From Chiloscyllium plagiosum (taxonomy: Eukaryota), in contig NC_057750.1 of the NCBI RefSeq assembly GCF_004010195.1, forward strand, positions 7,260,530-7,324,529: a stretch of DNA of 64,000 nt, read 5' to 3'. Of the stretch, positions 1-11,382 are shown piece by piece. The number at the start of each line of letters is the position of its first letter. The first letter of the stretch is position 1. Below the pieces are notes generated by a model, which saw only the letters and a program-made list of their open reading frames with translations, had not been told where the DNA came from and made no database searches. The translations under genes and the position numbers were made by a program.

Positions 1-126
1 TTGGGGCAGGGTTGGACTGCATTGGGGGTGGGGTTGGATGGGTTTGGGGGCAGGGTTGGACTGCGTTGGGGGCAGGGTTGGACTGCATTGGGGGCGGGGT
101 TGGACGGGGTTCGGGGGCGGGGCGGG
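1..126. repeat. G-rich minisatellite, ~22-23 bp unit (ttgggggcagggttggactgca), truncated by window start
   Basis: About 5-6 degenerate tandem copies read directly. Confidence 0.85.
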
Positions 127-528
127 TCTGGTTGGAATGCCATGCTTCTAGGAATTCTTGTGCATGTCTCTGTTTGGGCTTGTCCGAGGATGGATGCGTT
201 GTCCCAGTCAAAATGATGTCCTTCCTCATCCGTATGTAAGGATACTATGAGAGAGGGTCATGTCTTTTTGTGGCTAGTTGATGTTCATGTATCCTGATGG
301 CGAGTTTTCTGCCTGTTTGTCCAATGTAGTGTTTTGTTACAGTCCTTGCAAGGTATTTTGTAAATGACATTAGTTTTGCTTGTTGTTTGTAAAGGGTCCT
401 TCAAATTCATTAGCTGTTGTTTTAGTGTGTTGGTGGGTTTGTGGGCTACCATGATGCCAAGGGTCTGAGTAGTCTGGCAGTCATTTCCGAGATGTCTTTG
501 ATGTCGGGGAGAGTGGCTAGGGTTTCTG
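127..528 (-). mobile_element. Penelope-like element fragment (GIY-YIG endonuclease region), inverted relative to adjacent copy
   Basis: Minus-strand conceptual translation across frameshifts gives LKDPLQTTSKTNVIYKIPCKDCNK.YIGQTGRKL..RIHEHQLATKRHD..GHHFDWDNASILG..FLEAWHS, with the VIY...YIG motif of PLE GIY-YIG domains. Confidence 0.9.
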
Positions 529-1260
529 GAAAACTAGCCACCAGGATACATGAACATCAACTAGCCACAAAAAGACATGAGTCGAGAGCGTGTTGCTGGG
601 AAAGCACAGTAGGTCAGGCAGCATCTGAGGAGCAGAAAAATCGACATTTCAGGCCAGAACCCTTCATCAGGAATCAGCTCCTCCTCCCACCCTACCCCCC
701 ACTAAAACACTATCCCCTCATTCCTGAAATGTTGACTCTCCTGTTCCTCGGATGCTGCCTGACATGCTGTGCTTTTCCAGCTCTCAACTCTGATCTCCAG
801 CATCTGCAGACCTCACTGTCTCTCACAAAAAGACATGACCCTCTCTCACTAGTATCCTTACATACAGATGAGGAAGGACACCACTTCGACTGGGACAACA
901 CATCCATCCTAGGACAAGCCAAACAGAGACACGCACGAGAATTCCTAGAAGCATGGCATTCCAACCGAAACTCTATCAACAAAACATTAACTTGGACTCC
1001 ATTTACCACCCCCTGAAGAAAAGAACAGGAAATGACATCACCATAGGGAATGATGTCGCCACAGGAAATGAAATCACCAATCCAAGGAAACCCAAACACA
1101 TAAATAGAAAGCGGGCTACACCACCAGTGCTTCATCCGGAGGCTCACTGAGGGTGTTACCCAGTATGGTGACGAAACGTCTGAAAATGAACCTTCCAGCT
1201 CAGTGGGCAAAACTACATCCATAAGCTCAACTTGAGCTACATATCTTCTCAAAACTTGCT
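527..1260 (+). mobile_element. Penelope-like element 3' end with terminal repeat, interrupted by a nested insertion at 581-823
   Basis: KLATRIHEHQLATKRH|DPLSLVSLHTDEEGHHFDWDNTSILGQAKQRHAREFLEAWHS; ~18-bp triple repeat at ~1024-1079; hammerhead-like motif at 1143-1183. Confidence 0.9.
581..823. mobile_element. Short palindromic PLE-derived insertion with 15-bp TSD
   Basis: TSD cacaaaaagacatga at 566-580 and 824-838; inverted arms gctgggaaagcacag..ggcagcatc / gatgctgcc..ctgtgcttttccagc. Confidence 0.85.
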
Positions 1261-1261
1261 A

Positions 1262-1750
1262 ATATTTTGAGAGGGTTTGATTTGGTCCATAACACTAGTG
1301 CTGTAGAATCTCCTGGTTGGGAGAGTTTGTAGAAGTTTCTAATGTGTCCGAATCAAAATGGAATCCAAGTCCTCAGAACCAAAAGAAGTCTTTAGGCTGC
1401 AAAACCAGGAATAATCTTAAAACTGTTCTAGCAGCCTGGGAAGGAAAACGAGAAAGAATTAGTTAGGAAAAATTAAGGAGTGAAGAGAGGGGGATATTTC
1501 TCTGGGATTCAGTATCTGTAAAGGGAAATGGTTGAATCTTTGTTGTTATGGCTTATGTTCAGCTCTTTTCAAACTGACTTACATATATATGGTCTTTTCT
1601 TTTGTACAATACACTTGTATACTTATGTGAAGAACATTAACAGTCTCCTGTGACTACATTCAGTGACTAAACACCAACTGCAAAACTAAAACTGAGGATC
1701 TATCAAGCAAAGTTTCACTCTAGGGACCTGACGTCCAATGTTACCATCAG
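1262..1750 (+). mobile_element. Probable decayed LTR fragment
   Basis: 3' part (gatctatcaagc..tttcactctagggacctgac..ccaatgttaccatcag) resembles LTR ends recalled from shark genomes; no TSD or partner seen. Confidence 0.35.
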
Positions 1751-1764
1751 GTTTTTTTAAAAAA

Positions 1765-2135
1765 TTCACTCGTAGGACATTGGGAGTCACTGGCTGGCCG
1801 GCATTTATTACCCATTCCTAGTTACCTTTGAACTGAGTGGCTCGCTAGGCCATTTCGGCCTAGCAATGTGGAGAGTCTCCCACATCGCTGTGGGTTTGAA
1901 GTCACATGTAGGTCAGACCAGGTATGGACGGCAGATTTCCTTCCCTGAAGGACATTAGTGAACCAGATGGAGTTTATCCAACAATTGATTCATGGTCATT
2001 AGTAGACTCTTAATTCCAGATTTGAAATCAAATTCCACCATCTGCTGTGGCAGGACTTGAACCCAGGGCTCTAGAACATTAGCTGAGTTTCTGGATTAAT
2101 AGTCTAGAGATAATACCACTAGCCATTATCTCCCC
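1765..2135 (-). mobile_element. tRNA-derived SINE, family B
   Basis: Near full-length. Same core (ggtctggcctacatgtgactccagacccaca) recurs at ~3185-3345, 11820-12175, 14210-14435, 31960-32275, 41205-41545, 41650-42210, 44452-44920, 45490-45742 and 49010-49450. Confidence 0.8.
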
Positions 2136-2296
2136 CAGGACCATTTTCTGCCACATCCACCTCACCATATACCTGCTGTCCATGAAATTTAACTCCCCAC
2201 TCCATCTCCTCTTAAATTACATTAAATGACATCAGGATTGTGACTTGACACATGTGACTCTATGACTATGACTACATTTCCATGCCTGTTTTTTAG

Positions 2297-2372
2297 GGTG
2301 CCCACTATGATGTTCAACTCTTCGGTGTTTGCCTATGCGAGTCCGTTTACTATTGATGTTCACTGTGCTTGA
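2297..2372 (+). CDS. Candidate terminal coding exon of an unidentified upstream gene (VPTMMFNSSVFAYASPFTIDVHCA*)
   Basis: Acceptor-like ttccatgcctgttttttag ending 2296; unique sequence; frame open to TGA at 2370-2372; ATTAAA at ~2460 and ~2574 and AATAAA at ~3058. An alternative frame reads GAHYDVQLFGVCLCESVYY*. Protein not recognised. Confidence 0.35.
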
Positions 2373-2668
2373 TTGGTAGAGCCTGAGTGTGGACTCAGAG
2401 AGAAGTCAGCAAAGTGTAGACAGAGCTGAAAGCTCCAGAGAGGTGCATGGAGCAGACACATTAAAGCACAACTCATCACCTCTGAGATATTAGATACACA
2501 ACAGAATCTTGCTCCATTATAAAGGACTAAGCTTTAATGGTATAGCCTGTTGCTAGTGTTTAGCCTTCTGAGGATTAAACATTTCTGATTTCGTTGATAT
2601 AGTTTTAGGAAGGAATCCCAGTTTTCCTATCCAGGATTGGGGCTGGAATGTGACTCCAGACCCACAAT

Positions 2669-2814
2669 TTGGAGATGCCAGTGTTGGACTGGGGTGTACA
2701 AAGTTAAAAATCACACAACACCAGGTTATAGTCCCACAGGTTTAGTTGGAAGCACTAGCTTTCAGAGCGCCGCTCCTTCATCAGGTGACCTTCATCAGGC
2801 TCCGAAAGCCAGTG
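2669..2814 (-). mobile_element. Short PLE-terminal-repeat-like insertion within a SINE, with hammerhead motif
   Basis: Imperfect TSD cagacccacaat (2657-2668) / cagacacacaat (2815-2826); minus strand cac CTGATGA a ggagc ggc gctct GAAA gcta gtg. Related copy at ~49168-49262. Confidence 0.7.
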
Positions 2815-3349
2815 CAGACACACAATGATTGGCTCTTCGCCCCACAATGGCCTAGGAAGCCACCCAAGAGGGTACACATCACTACACAGACCGCCCATAG
2901 GTCTACTTCAATGGCCATTCATCACCAGCCTCTGAAGGATGATGGGGAATGGCCGAGTAAGCAATGCTAAAACACAAAGACTGAATTATAACACAATACA
3001 TTCCACCTCTGTGTTATCAGTGGACGATGTGGAACTAGCACCACCTAGTGTTCACTAAATAAATCAATTAACAAATTCCAGAAATTCACTAATGCTTAAC
3101 TCGTGTCGAATGATAGAGCTCATTCCGGAGGCAATTCAGCCCATAATTCCTGTGCCATCCTTTTGCAAGAGCTCGCCAAATATTTTTTTAATTCTACCAT
3201 GGGATGTGGGGCATATATTGCCCGTTCCTAATTGCCCCTTTAACAGAGCAGTTACAAGTTGACCACATCACTGTAGGCCCAGTGTCACATGTAGGCCTGA
3301 CTGGGTAAGGACGGCAGATTTCCTTCTCTAAAGGGGCATTAGTAGGTGT

Positions 3350-3775
3350 CACCTAGCCCACCGCCCTGTGGCTGAACACTTCAATTCCCCCTCCCACTCC
3401 ATCAAGGACATGCAGGTCCTGGGCCTCCCCCATCACCAAACCCTTATCACCCGACGCCTGGAGGAAGCACGTCTCATATTCTGCCTTAGGACCCTGCAAC
3501 CACATGGGATCAATGTGGATTTCACCAGTTTCCTCATTTCCCCTCCCCCCACATTATCCCAGTTCCAAGCCTCCAACTCGGCCTCGTCCTCATCTTTCCC
3601 GTCTATCCACTCCACAGCCCCCCTCAATCTATCACCTTCTCCCTCACCTTCATCCACCTATTGCTTCCGGCTCACAAGCCTCATTCCTGATGAAGGGCTT
3701 ATGCCCGAAACGTCGATTCTCCTGCTCCTCAGATGCTGCCTGACCTGCTGTGCTTTTCCAGGAACACACTCTTGA
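3350..3775 (+). mobile_element. Penelope-like element 3' end (second family)
   Basis: VAEHFNSPSHSIKDMQVLGL..RRLEEARLIF.L.TLQPHGINVDF, the C-terminus of a PLE GIY-YIG ORF, followed by a terminal repeat with hammerhead motif. Confidence 0.85.
3683..3718 (+). ncRNA. Minimal type I hammerhead ribozyme motif (PLE-associated)
   Basis: attc CTGATGA a gggc ttat gccc GAAA cGTC gatt: both core boxes intact, 4-bp helix II, palindromic ACGT helix III, short helix I. Confidence 0.7.
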
Positions 3776-3819
3776 CACGTGACTGTTTTTTCTGTCAGTT
3801 TCATAGCGTTTGGAACAAG

Positions 3820-4003
3820 GTAGATTCCCTGATTGGGACTGTTAACCTGGTCCAGTCAGGGAGCCCTGGCTGACAGATATAAACAGGAGTGTCAGGGGTT
3901 CTGTTCACTCCGAGAGCTGGCTCTGAGGGAGCTGGATCAGTTCAAGGACTCTCCCTGTGTCAATAAAGGGGGACGGGATATCGACCTCTGTGGTGTTATT
4001 TCA
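3820..4003 (+). mobile_element. Short LTR-like repeat (same family as 22143-22366)
   Basis: Clear similarity to 22143-22366 and to the reverse of 50660-50995; contains gatataaa and aataaa; ends ttatttca. Confidence 0.65.
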
Positions 4004-4212
4004 AGTTCCATGAATACTGTTCCTGAGATTGGCGATTATAATTCCAGATTTATTGTTTGCAGTCCAATTTCACGCACTGGGGTTGGAACTTTTGACCCTG
4101 AATTTTTCTTCATAATGCACTTGAAATGTTAACTCTGTTTCTCTCTCCGCAAATGCTGCCAGACCTGCTGAGTTTCTCCAGTGTTCTCTATGTTTTTCCT
4201 TGGATTACTAGA

Positions 4213-4524
4213 TTAGATGAGATTCCCTACAGTATAGAAACAGGCCCTTCAGCCCAACAAGTCCACACCAATCCTCTGAAGAGCAACCCACCCAGATCCA
4301 TTCCCCTACTCTATATTTACCCCTGACTAATGCACCTAACACTACGGGCAATTTAGCATGGCCAATTCACCTGACCTACACATCTTTGGACTGTAGGAGG
4401 AAACCGGAGGAAACCCACGCAGACACGGGGAGAATGTGCAAACTCCACATTGAGTTGAGAATCAAACCCAGGTCCCTGCTGCTGTGAGGCAGCGTTGCTA
4501 ACCACTGAGCCACTTTGCTGCCCC
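4213..4524 (-). mobile_element. HE1-type V-SINE
   Basis: tRNA-like head, V-domain (tgtggagtttgcacattctccccgtgtctgcgtgggtttcctcc) and HER1-like tail on the minus strand. Confidence 0.85.
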
Positions 4525-5531
4525 AACTAACCCTGTTAAATTCCCACGATCTCCACCAGTTTCACTTCTCCCCCCAATCCCCGTAATTTCTTTGGTGCTT
4601 CAAGTATTTTTCCAGTTGTTATTCTGAAGTTACAATTGAATCTGTTTCCACTTTCCTAGCAAACCAAAAAATTCCCCTCATCTTCCCCTTTGACCTGTTT
4701 TCCAATTCTCCTAATTTTGGACCCACAGAATTACCGAATCTCCAGTTTCTTCTGGAAATGGGTGGTGGGGGTGAGCTGCCTTCTTGAACAGCTGCAGTCA
4801 ATCTGGTGCAGGGACACCCGTAGTGCCCTTGAGGAAGGAATTCCAGGATTTTCAGGCCATAAGAAACAGGAATGGGAGTAGGCCATCAAACCTGCTCCAC
4901 CATTCGGTAGGATCTGATATTCCTCACGTCCACTTTCCTGCCCTTTCCTCTTGATTCCCCGACCGATCAAGAATCGATCTCAGCCTTAAATATACACAAG
5001 GACTCTGTCCCCCACAGCTGTCTGTGCCAAGGGGTTCCAAGGACTCTCAACCCTCTGAGGGAAGAAATTCCCCCTCATCTCAGTGTTAAGTGGGCACCCC
5101 TTTATTCTGAGGTTGCACCCTCTGGTTGAGACTCTCCCATGAGGGCAAAACATCTCAACATTTACCCCCCTCAAGACCCTTTTGACAGTGAAGGGATGAC
5201 AATACATTTCCGAGTGGGGATGGCGAGTGGCTCAGAGGGGAACTTGCAGGGGATGGTGTTCCTGCGTATCTACTGCCCTGATCCTTCCATGGGCGGGGGG
5301 GCGGAGATGCTGAGAATGGAGCCTTTAGTGTGTTGCCACAGTGCAGCTCACAGATGGTAGACACGGAAATAACTGAGCATCGGGGGTGGAGGGAGTGAAC
5401 ATATTCAACCGAAATAAAATCACCCTAACAGACCAAGGGGCTGCTCTCTCACTAGAAAGAGACGACAGGTGGTGAGTTTCACCTGAGGGTCACCACGCCT
5501 CAGGCGAGGGGAGAGGTTGGGAAAGAGAGTC

Positions 5532-6186
5532 AATAGATGTGAAGCTGGGAGAGCACAGCAGCTCAGACAGCATCGGAGGAGTCGGAAAAGTCAACGTTTT
5601 GGCATGAAACCTTTCGTCAGGACTGGGGATGGGGAGGGAGCCCAGAAGTAAATAGAGGGAGGGGAGTGTGGGGTTGGGGGAAGGGTAGGTGGGACGGTAA
5701 TGCAGGTTGGGGGTGTTAATGTGATTGGTCAGTGGGAAGGGTGGAGCCCATAGGTGAGTAGGAAGATGGACAGGTGAAGGCAGGTCAGGGAGGTGAGGAG
5801 GAGGGGTTGGACATGGGGTAAGGTTGGGGGTGGGGGGGATTTTGAAGCTGGTGAAGTCAATGTTGAGGTCATTGGGCTGTAAGCCCCTAGCCCGGGCGAA
5901 ATATCAGGTGTTGTTCCTCCAGTTTCCATCTGGCCTCGCTCTGAGGAGGAGGCCAAGGATGGGGGGGTGTCGCCAGGGGGAGTGGGACGGTGGGGGGAGG
6001 GGCGAATTAAAATGGATGGCTACCAGAAGGTCGGGTTGGTTGATGCGTGGAGAACGTAAATGCTTCGCGACTCTCTGCCCGAATCTGCGTTTGGTCTCCC
6101 TGGTATAGAGACCACACCGGGACCAACAGATACAACAGACCAGGTTGGATGATGCGCAGGTGAGTCTGTGTTGGAACTGGAAGGAT
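5532..6186 (-). mobile_element. Penelope-like element fragment splitting a third SINE family (5425-5531 + 6187-6290)
   Basis: LTCASSNLVCCICWSRCGLYTRETKRRFGQR..HLRS..VAIHFNSP (decayed GIY-YIG); imperfect flanking duplication gagaggttgggaaagagagtc / gagattgagaaggagagtc. An unsplit host SINE copy lies at ~21000-21160. Confidence 0.8.
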
Positions 6187-6629
6187 GAGGGAGATTGAGA
6201 AGGAGAGTCTTTCATGGTAATCTCATGGAATTGAACCCACCATGTGGGAGTTCACTCTACATCATAAACCAACCGTCCAGCCAACTGACCCCTGTGAACA
6301 TATAAACCTTCCAGCCTGCTCCCCCGTTTCAACAAGATCTTGGCGAATTGGATTTTAACCTCAACTCTTCACAGTCCATGATCCTCAGTCTGGAACAAAG
6401 TACCCAAACCGAGAGGAAGGCTGTTGACTGTTTGGAGCTCCTGTACTGGAACATTGAAACTGTGGGGGATGACGCCATGTTTGTTCAGTCTGCCTGTCAG
6501 ATTGACAAATATTTTGCCACTTCTCTGATCACCGAGACCCTTGAGTTTTCCAAAGCATCATCACTGTAGTCAGGAATCTCACAACCTCTTTGCTTGAGAA
6601 CCTGCTAGTTCCCATGCTCCCTTCAGATG

Positions 6630-7150
6630 ATAAGATATAGGCCATTCAGCCCATCAGGTCTGCTCCACCGTTCAATCATGGCTGATGTGTTTCTCAATCC
6701 CATTCGCCTGCCTTCTCCCTGTAAGCTTTACTAATCAAGTACCTGTCTTAATGACTTGGCCTCCATAGGCCTCTGTGGCAATGAGTTTCACAGATCCCGC
6801 CACCCTCTGGCTGAAGAAATTCCTCCTCATCTCAGTTCTAAAGGGTTGTCCCTCCACTCTGAGGCTGTGCCCTTAGGTCCTAGTCTCTCCTACTAGTGGA
6901 AACATCTTTATTATCAAGACCTCTCAGTATTCTGTAAGTTTCAATTAGATATCCCCCTCACCTTTCTAAACCCCATTGAGTACAGACCCAGAGTCCTCAA
7001 CTGCTCCTCATGTGACAAGCCCTTCATCCCCTGGATCATTCTTGTAAACATCCTCTGGACCCCCCTTCCAAGGCCAGCACATCTTTCCTGAGATACAGGG
7101 ACCGTAACTGCTCACAATATTGCAAATGCGGTCTGACCAGAGTCTTATAC
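6630..7150 (-). mobile_element. CR1-clade LINE 3' fragment
   Basis: Reverse strand matches the CR1 ORF2 C-terminal and 3' UTR pattern seen in other copies here (atgaggaggaatttcttcagccagagggtgg). Confidence 0.8.
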
Positions 7151-7156
7151 AGGAGT

Positions 7157-7474
7157 CTTCTACATTGGGGAGACTGGACGCCTCCCAGCAGAGCCCTTTA
7201 GGGAACATCTCCGGGACACCCGCACCAATCAACCACACCGCCCCGTGGCCCAACATTTCAACTCCCCCTCCCATTCTGCTGAGGACATGGAGGTCCTGGG
7301 CCTCCTTCACCGCCACTCCCTCACCACCAGATGCCTGGAGGGAGAACGCCTCATCTTCCACCTCGGAACACATCAACCCCAGGGCATCAATGTGGACTTC
7401 ACCAGTTTCCTCATTTCCCCTTCCCCCACCCTAGTTCCAAACTTCCAGCTCAGCACTGTCCCCATGACTTGTCC
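7157..7474 (+). mobile_element. Penelope-like element fragment running into gap
   Basis: FYIGETGR..FREHLRDTRTNQPHRPVAQHFNSPSHS..VLGL..RLIFHLGT.QPQGINVDF. Confidence 0.85.
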
Positions 7475-8061
7475 NNNNNNNNNNNNNNNNNNNNNNNNNN
7501 NNNNNNNNNNNNNNNNNNNNNNNNNNNNNNNNNNNNNNNNNNNNNNNNNNNNNNNNNNNNNNNNNNNNNNNNNNNNNNNNNNNNNNNNNNNNNNNNNNNN
7601 NNNNNNNNNNNNNNNNNNNNNNNNNNNNNNNNNNNNNNNNNNNNNNNNNNNNNNNNNNNNNNNNNNNNNNNNNNNNNNNNNNNNNNNNNNNNNNNNNNNN
7701 NNNNNNNNNNNNNNNNNNNNNNNNNNNNNNNNNNNNNNNNNNNNNNNNNNNNNNNNNNNNNNNNNNNNNNNNNNNNNNNNNNNNNNNNNNNNNNNNNNNN
7801 NNNNNNNNNNNNNNNNNNNNNNNNNNNNNNNNNNNNNNNNNNNNNNNNNNNNNNNNNNNNNNNNNNNNNNNNNNNNNNNNNNNNNNNNNNNNNNNNNNNN
7901 NNNNNNNNNNNNNNNNNNNNNNNNNNNNNNNNNNNNNNNNNNNNNNNNNNNNNNNNNNNNNNNNNNNNNNNNNNNNNNNNNNNNNNNNNNNNNNNNNNNN
8001 NNNNNNNNNNNNNNNNNNNNNNNNNNNNNNNNNNNNNNNNNNNNNNNNNNNNNNNNNNNNN

Positions 8062-8167
8062 GCGGGTAGAGTGCGGAGAGGAGTGAGACAGAGAGAGAGA
8101 GAGAGGAGAGAGGAAAGAGAGAGAGGTAGAGAGAGGAGAGGAGTGAGACAGAGAGAGAGAGAGAGAC
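8062..8167. repeat. (GA)n-rich simple repeat adjoining gap
   Basis: Direct reading. Confidence 0.9.
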
Positions 8168-8482
8168 AGCAGAGTTAATGTTTCAGGTCCAGTGACCTTT
8201 CTTCAGAAATGATCTAGGAGGTTATTATGTTGATGAAAGTCATTCCCACCCCTGGCTGCAGACTGAATCATTCTTTCATGTATATCACCTATAAAGATGC
8301 AAAGACCAGTCTTGCCTTTCTGCACTAAGGAAGTTACATTTATATAGTGCCTTTCTGAGCTGGGGAACCTCCATTGACACGCTAATTTTCTAAAAGTGAG
8401 CAGCTGCAATGATGCAGGAGATTCGGTCAGCAAGTCTCCACAGTGCAGATCAGTCTAAACCGAGACAATCATCTGTCATCTG

Positions 8483-9257
8483 AATGGCAGATGGAGTTTA
8501 ATTCAGATCAAAACGAGGTGTTGCATCTCAATTAATGGTAGGACCCTGGGGAGTGTTGTCAACAGACAGACTTATGGCTGCATGTAGAGAGGTGTTTGAA
8601 AGTGGCAACACAGGTATTCAGGTGAAGAAGACATTTCGTACACTTGCCCTCATCGGTCAGAGCATTGGATACAGGAGTTGGGATGTCATCTTATGGCTGT
8701 ACAAGACATTGGTGAGGCCACATTGTGAGTTCTGTGCACAATCCTGGTCACCCTGCTACAGGAAGAATATTATTAAACTGGAAAGAGTGTCAAAAAGATT
8801 TACCGGGATATTACTGAGACTGGAAGGTTTGGGTGATAACGAGAGGCTGGATAGGCTGGGGCTTTCTTCCCTGAGTGTTGAAGGCTGAGGGGTGACATTA
8901 TACCACGAGGGGCATGGGTGGAAAGAATAGGAAAGGTCTTTTCCCCAGGATAGGTGAGTCCAAAACTAGACACCATAGGTTTAAGGTGAGAGGGGAAAGA
9001 TATAAAAGGGACCTGAGGGGCAACTTTTTCACACAGAGGGTGGTACATGTATGGAATGAGCTGCCTGAGGAAGTGGTGGAGGCTGGTACAATTATAGCAT
9101 TTAAAAAGCATCTGGATGGGTATATGAATAGAAAGGGTTTGGAGGGATATGGGCCAAGTGCTGGCAGGTGGGACTAGATTGGGTTGGGATATCTGGTTGG
9201 CATGGACGGGTTGGACTGAAGGGTCTGTTTCTGTGCTGTACATCTCTATGACTCTAT
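8483..9257 (+). mobile_element. HER1/CR1 LINE 3' fragment
   Basis: YRSWDVILWLYKTLVRPHCEFCAQSWSPCYRK.IIKLERV; RGNFFTQRVVHVWNELPEEVVEAGT; tail ctctatgactcta. Confidence 0.92.
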
Positions 9258-10499
9258 CTGCACTACTTCAGGGTGAGGTTTTGGTCAGGACTCCCTGGAC
9301 ATCTCTCCCACCTCTGCTTCGAAATAATGCAGTGGGATCATTCCTGCCCACACGGGGAGGCACCCACTGGGAGTGCCCACCTGAATCCGACAATCAAACC
9401 TCCGGAGGGGGCTATCACGTGAATGAGATTCCCGAGTTAATCCCATGGCCAACTGTGGAGTAACTCCCAAACCTTTACGTTCTGCGGAGTGGGACCGATC
9501 AATTCCAATCACTCCCCCTCCGCTCCAATTCCTCACCACCTAGAATGCCACAGGGCGCTCGAAGGGCTGAATGGCCTGCTTTCCTTTTACCATGTTTACT
9601 CCACGTGAAGAGCTGGAACTAAAGTAAACAGCCTGACTAAGTGAGTAAAGGTTAACATTCCTTCCCCTCCATTAACTCAGTGCAGGATCCGGGTCTCTTG
9701 CCAATTGGCTGTTATCGGCAGTATTTCAGTCCCAGAGGTTTGAGACGCTAATTAGCCCTGAGAAGCACATTGGCTTATTTATTTATTTATAATATTTATC
9801 CAGCTGAGTCCTCACCCGCTCCAATCATCACAGTGTCATTTTCTGAGGTCTGATCAATACTGAGACCTTCTGAGTCATCGAGACGCAGTTATAAAGCACA
9901 GAGAAGGCTCTTCGGCCCATCCAGTCTGTACATCTCATTCTACAATTGTCCCGCTTTCCAGCGCTAGACCTCGAATTTTATGGCATCTCAAGTGCTTACC
10001 TTTATGCTTTTGCAAGGCTACAAGGCTTTCCCCCTCTACTACCCCCTCCCCCAGAGTCCACTCCGGACCCCCACCAGCCTCTGGGTGGATCAATGTTCTT
10101 CAAATCCCGTATACACCTCCTGCCCTTCACTGTAAAGTTATACACCCTCCCCAGGCCATGGAGTTCCCCAGTTTTGAGCTCCTGATCTCTGCCTCAGAGA
10201 CAGAGTGTTCAGGTCCATCGAATATTTAAAACATAATAAATGCCAACGCGTTTTATGAAAAGCTCTTTCACGGGGTGTGAGCCTCATTGGCATGAGCTGG
10301 CATTTATTGACTGTTCCGAAGTGCCCCTGCACTGGTGAGATTTGAATCCATGACCCCAGTGCATTAGTGCAGACCTTTGGATTGCTGTAGGGTGTCTATA
10401 ACAAACCACTCAGTTCAGTTCATAGTTAGGGATAGAAAGCAAATACTGATTACACTCACGTTCCAAGAAAGAATAACTTTTGAAAAAAGCAAGACCATA

Positions 10500-11382
10500 C
10501 AGTACACCACAGTCCCTTCGGTCCAACCCGTCCATGCTGACCAGATATCCCAATCTAATCTAGTCCCACCTGCCAGCACTTGGCCCATATCCCTCCAAAC
10601 CCATCCTATTCATATACCCATCCAGATGCCTTTTAAACGCTGTAATTGTACCAGCCTCCACCACTTCCTCTGGCAGCTCATTCCATAGACGCACCACTCT
10701 CTGTATGAAAAAGTTGCCCCTCGGTTCCCTTTTAAATCTTTCCCCTCTCACCCTAAACCTATGCCCTCTAGTTTTGGACTCCCCCAGCCTGGAAAATGAC
10801 CTTGGCTATTTACCCTATCCATGCCCCTCATGCTTTTATAAACCTCAATAAGGTCACCCCTCAGCCTCCGAATCTCCAAAGTAAGCCCAACCTATTCAGT
10901 TTCTCCTTATAAGTCAAACCCCTAGTCCCAGCAACATCCTTGTAAATCTTTTTTGCATCCTTTCAAGTTTACCAACATCCTTCCTACAGCAAGGAGACCA
11001 GAATCGCAGTGTATTCCAAAAATTGGAAAGTCTTTTACAGCTGCAACATGACCACCCAACTCCTGTACTCAATGCGCTGACTGATGAAGGCAAGCATACC
11101 AAATGCCTTCTTCACCCCCCCGTCTACCTGTGACACCACTTTCAAGGAACTATGAACCTGCACCCTCTAGGTCTCTCTACTTGAGAACACTCCCTAGGGC
11201 CCTGCCATTAGCAGTGTAAGTCCTGCCCTTGTTTGCCTCACCAATATGCAACACCTCACATTTATCTAAATTAAACACCGCCTGCCACTTCTCGGCTCAT
11301 TGGCCCACCTGATCAAGATCTCATATTCTTCGATAACCTTTTCACTGTCCACTACACTGCCAATTCTGGTGTCATCTGCAAA
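10500..11382 (-). mobile_element. HER1/CR1 LINE 3' fragment
   Basis: FWSPCCRKDVGKLERMQKRFTRML; RGNFFIQRVVRLWNELPEEVVEAG; extends back to the FADDT RT motif at ~11370-11382. Confidence 0.92.
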
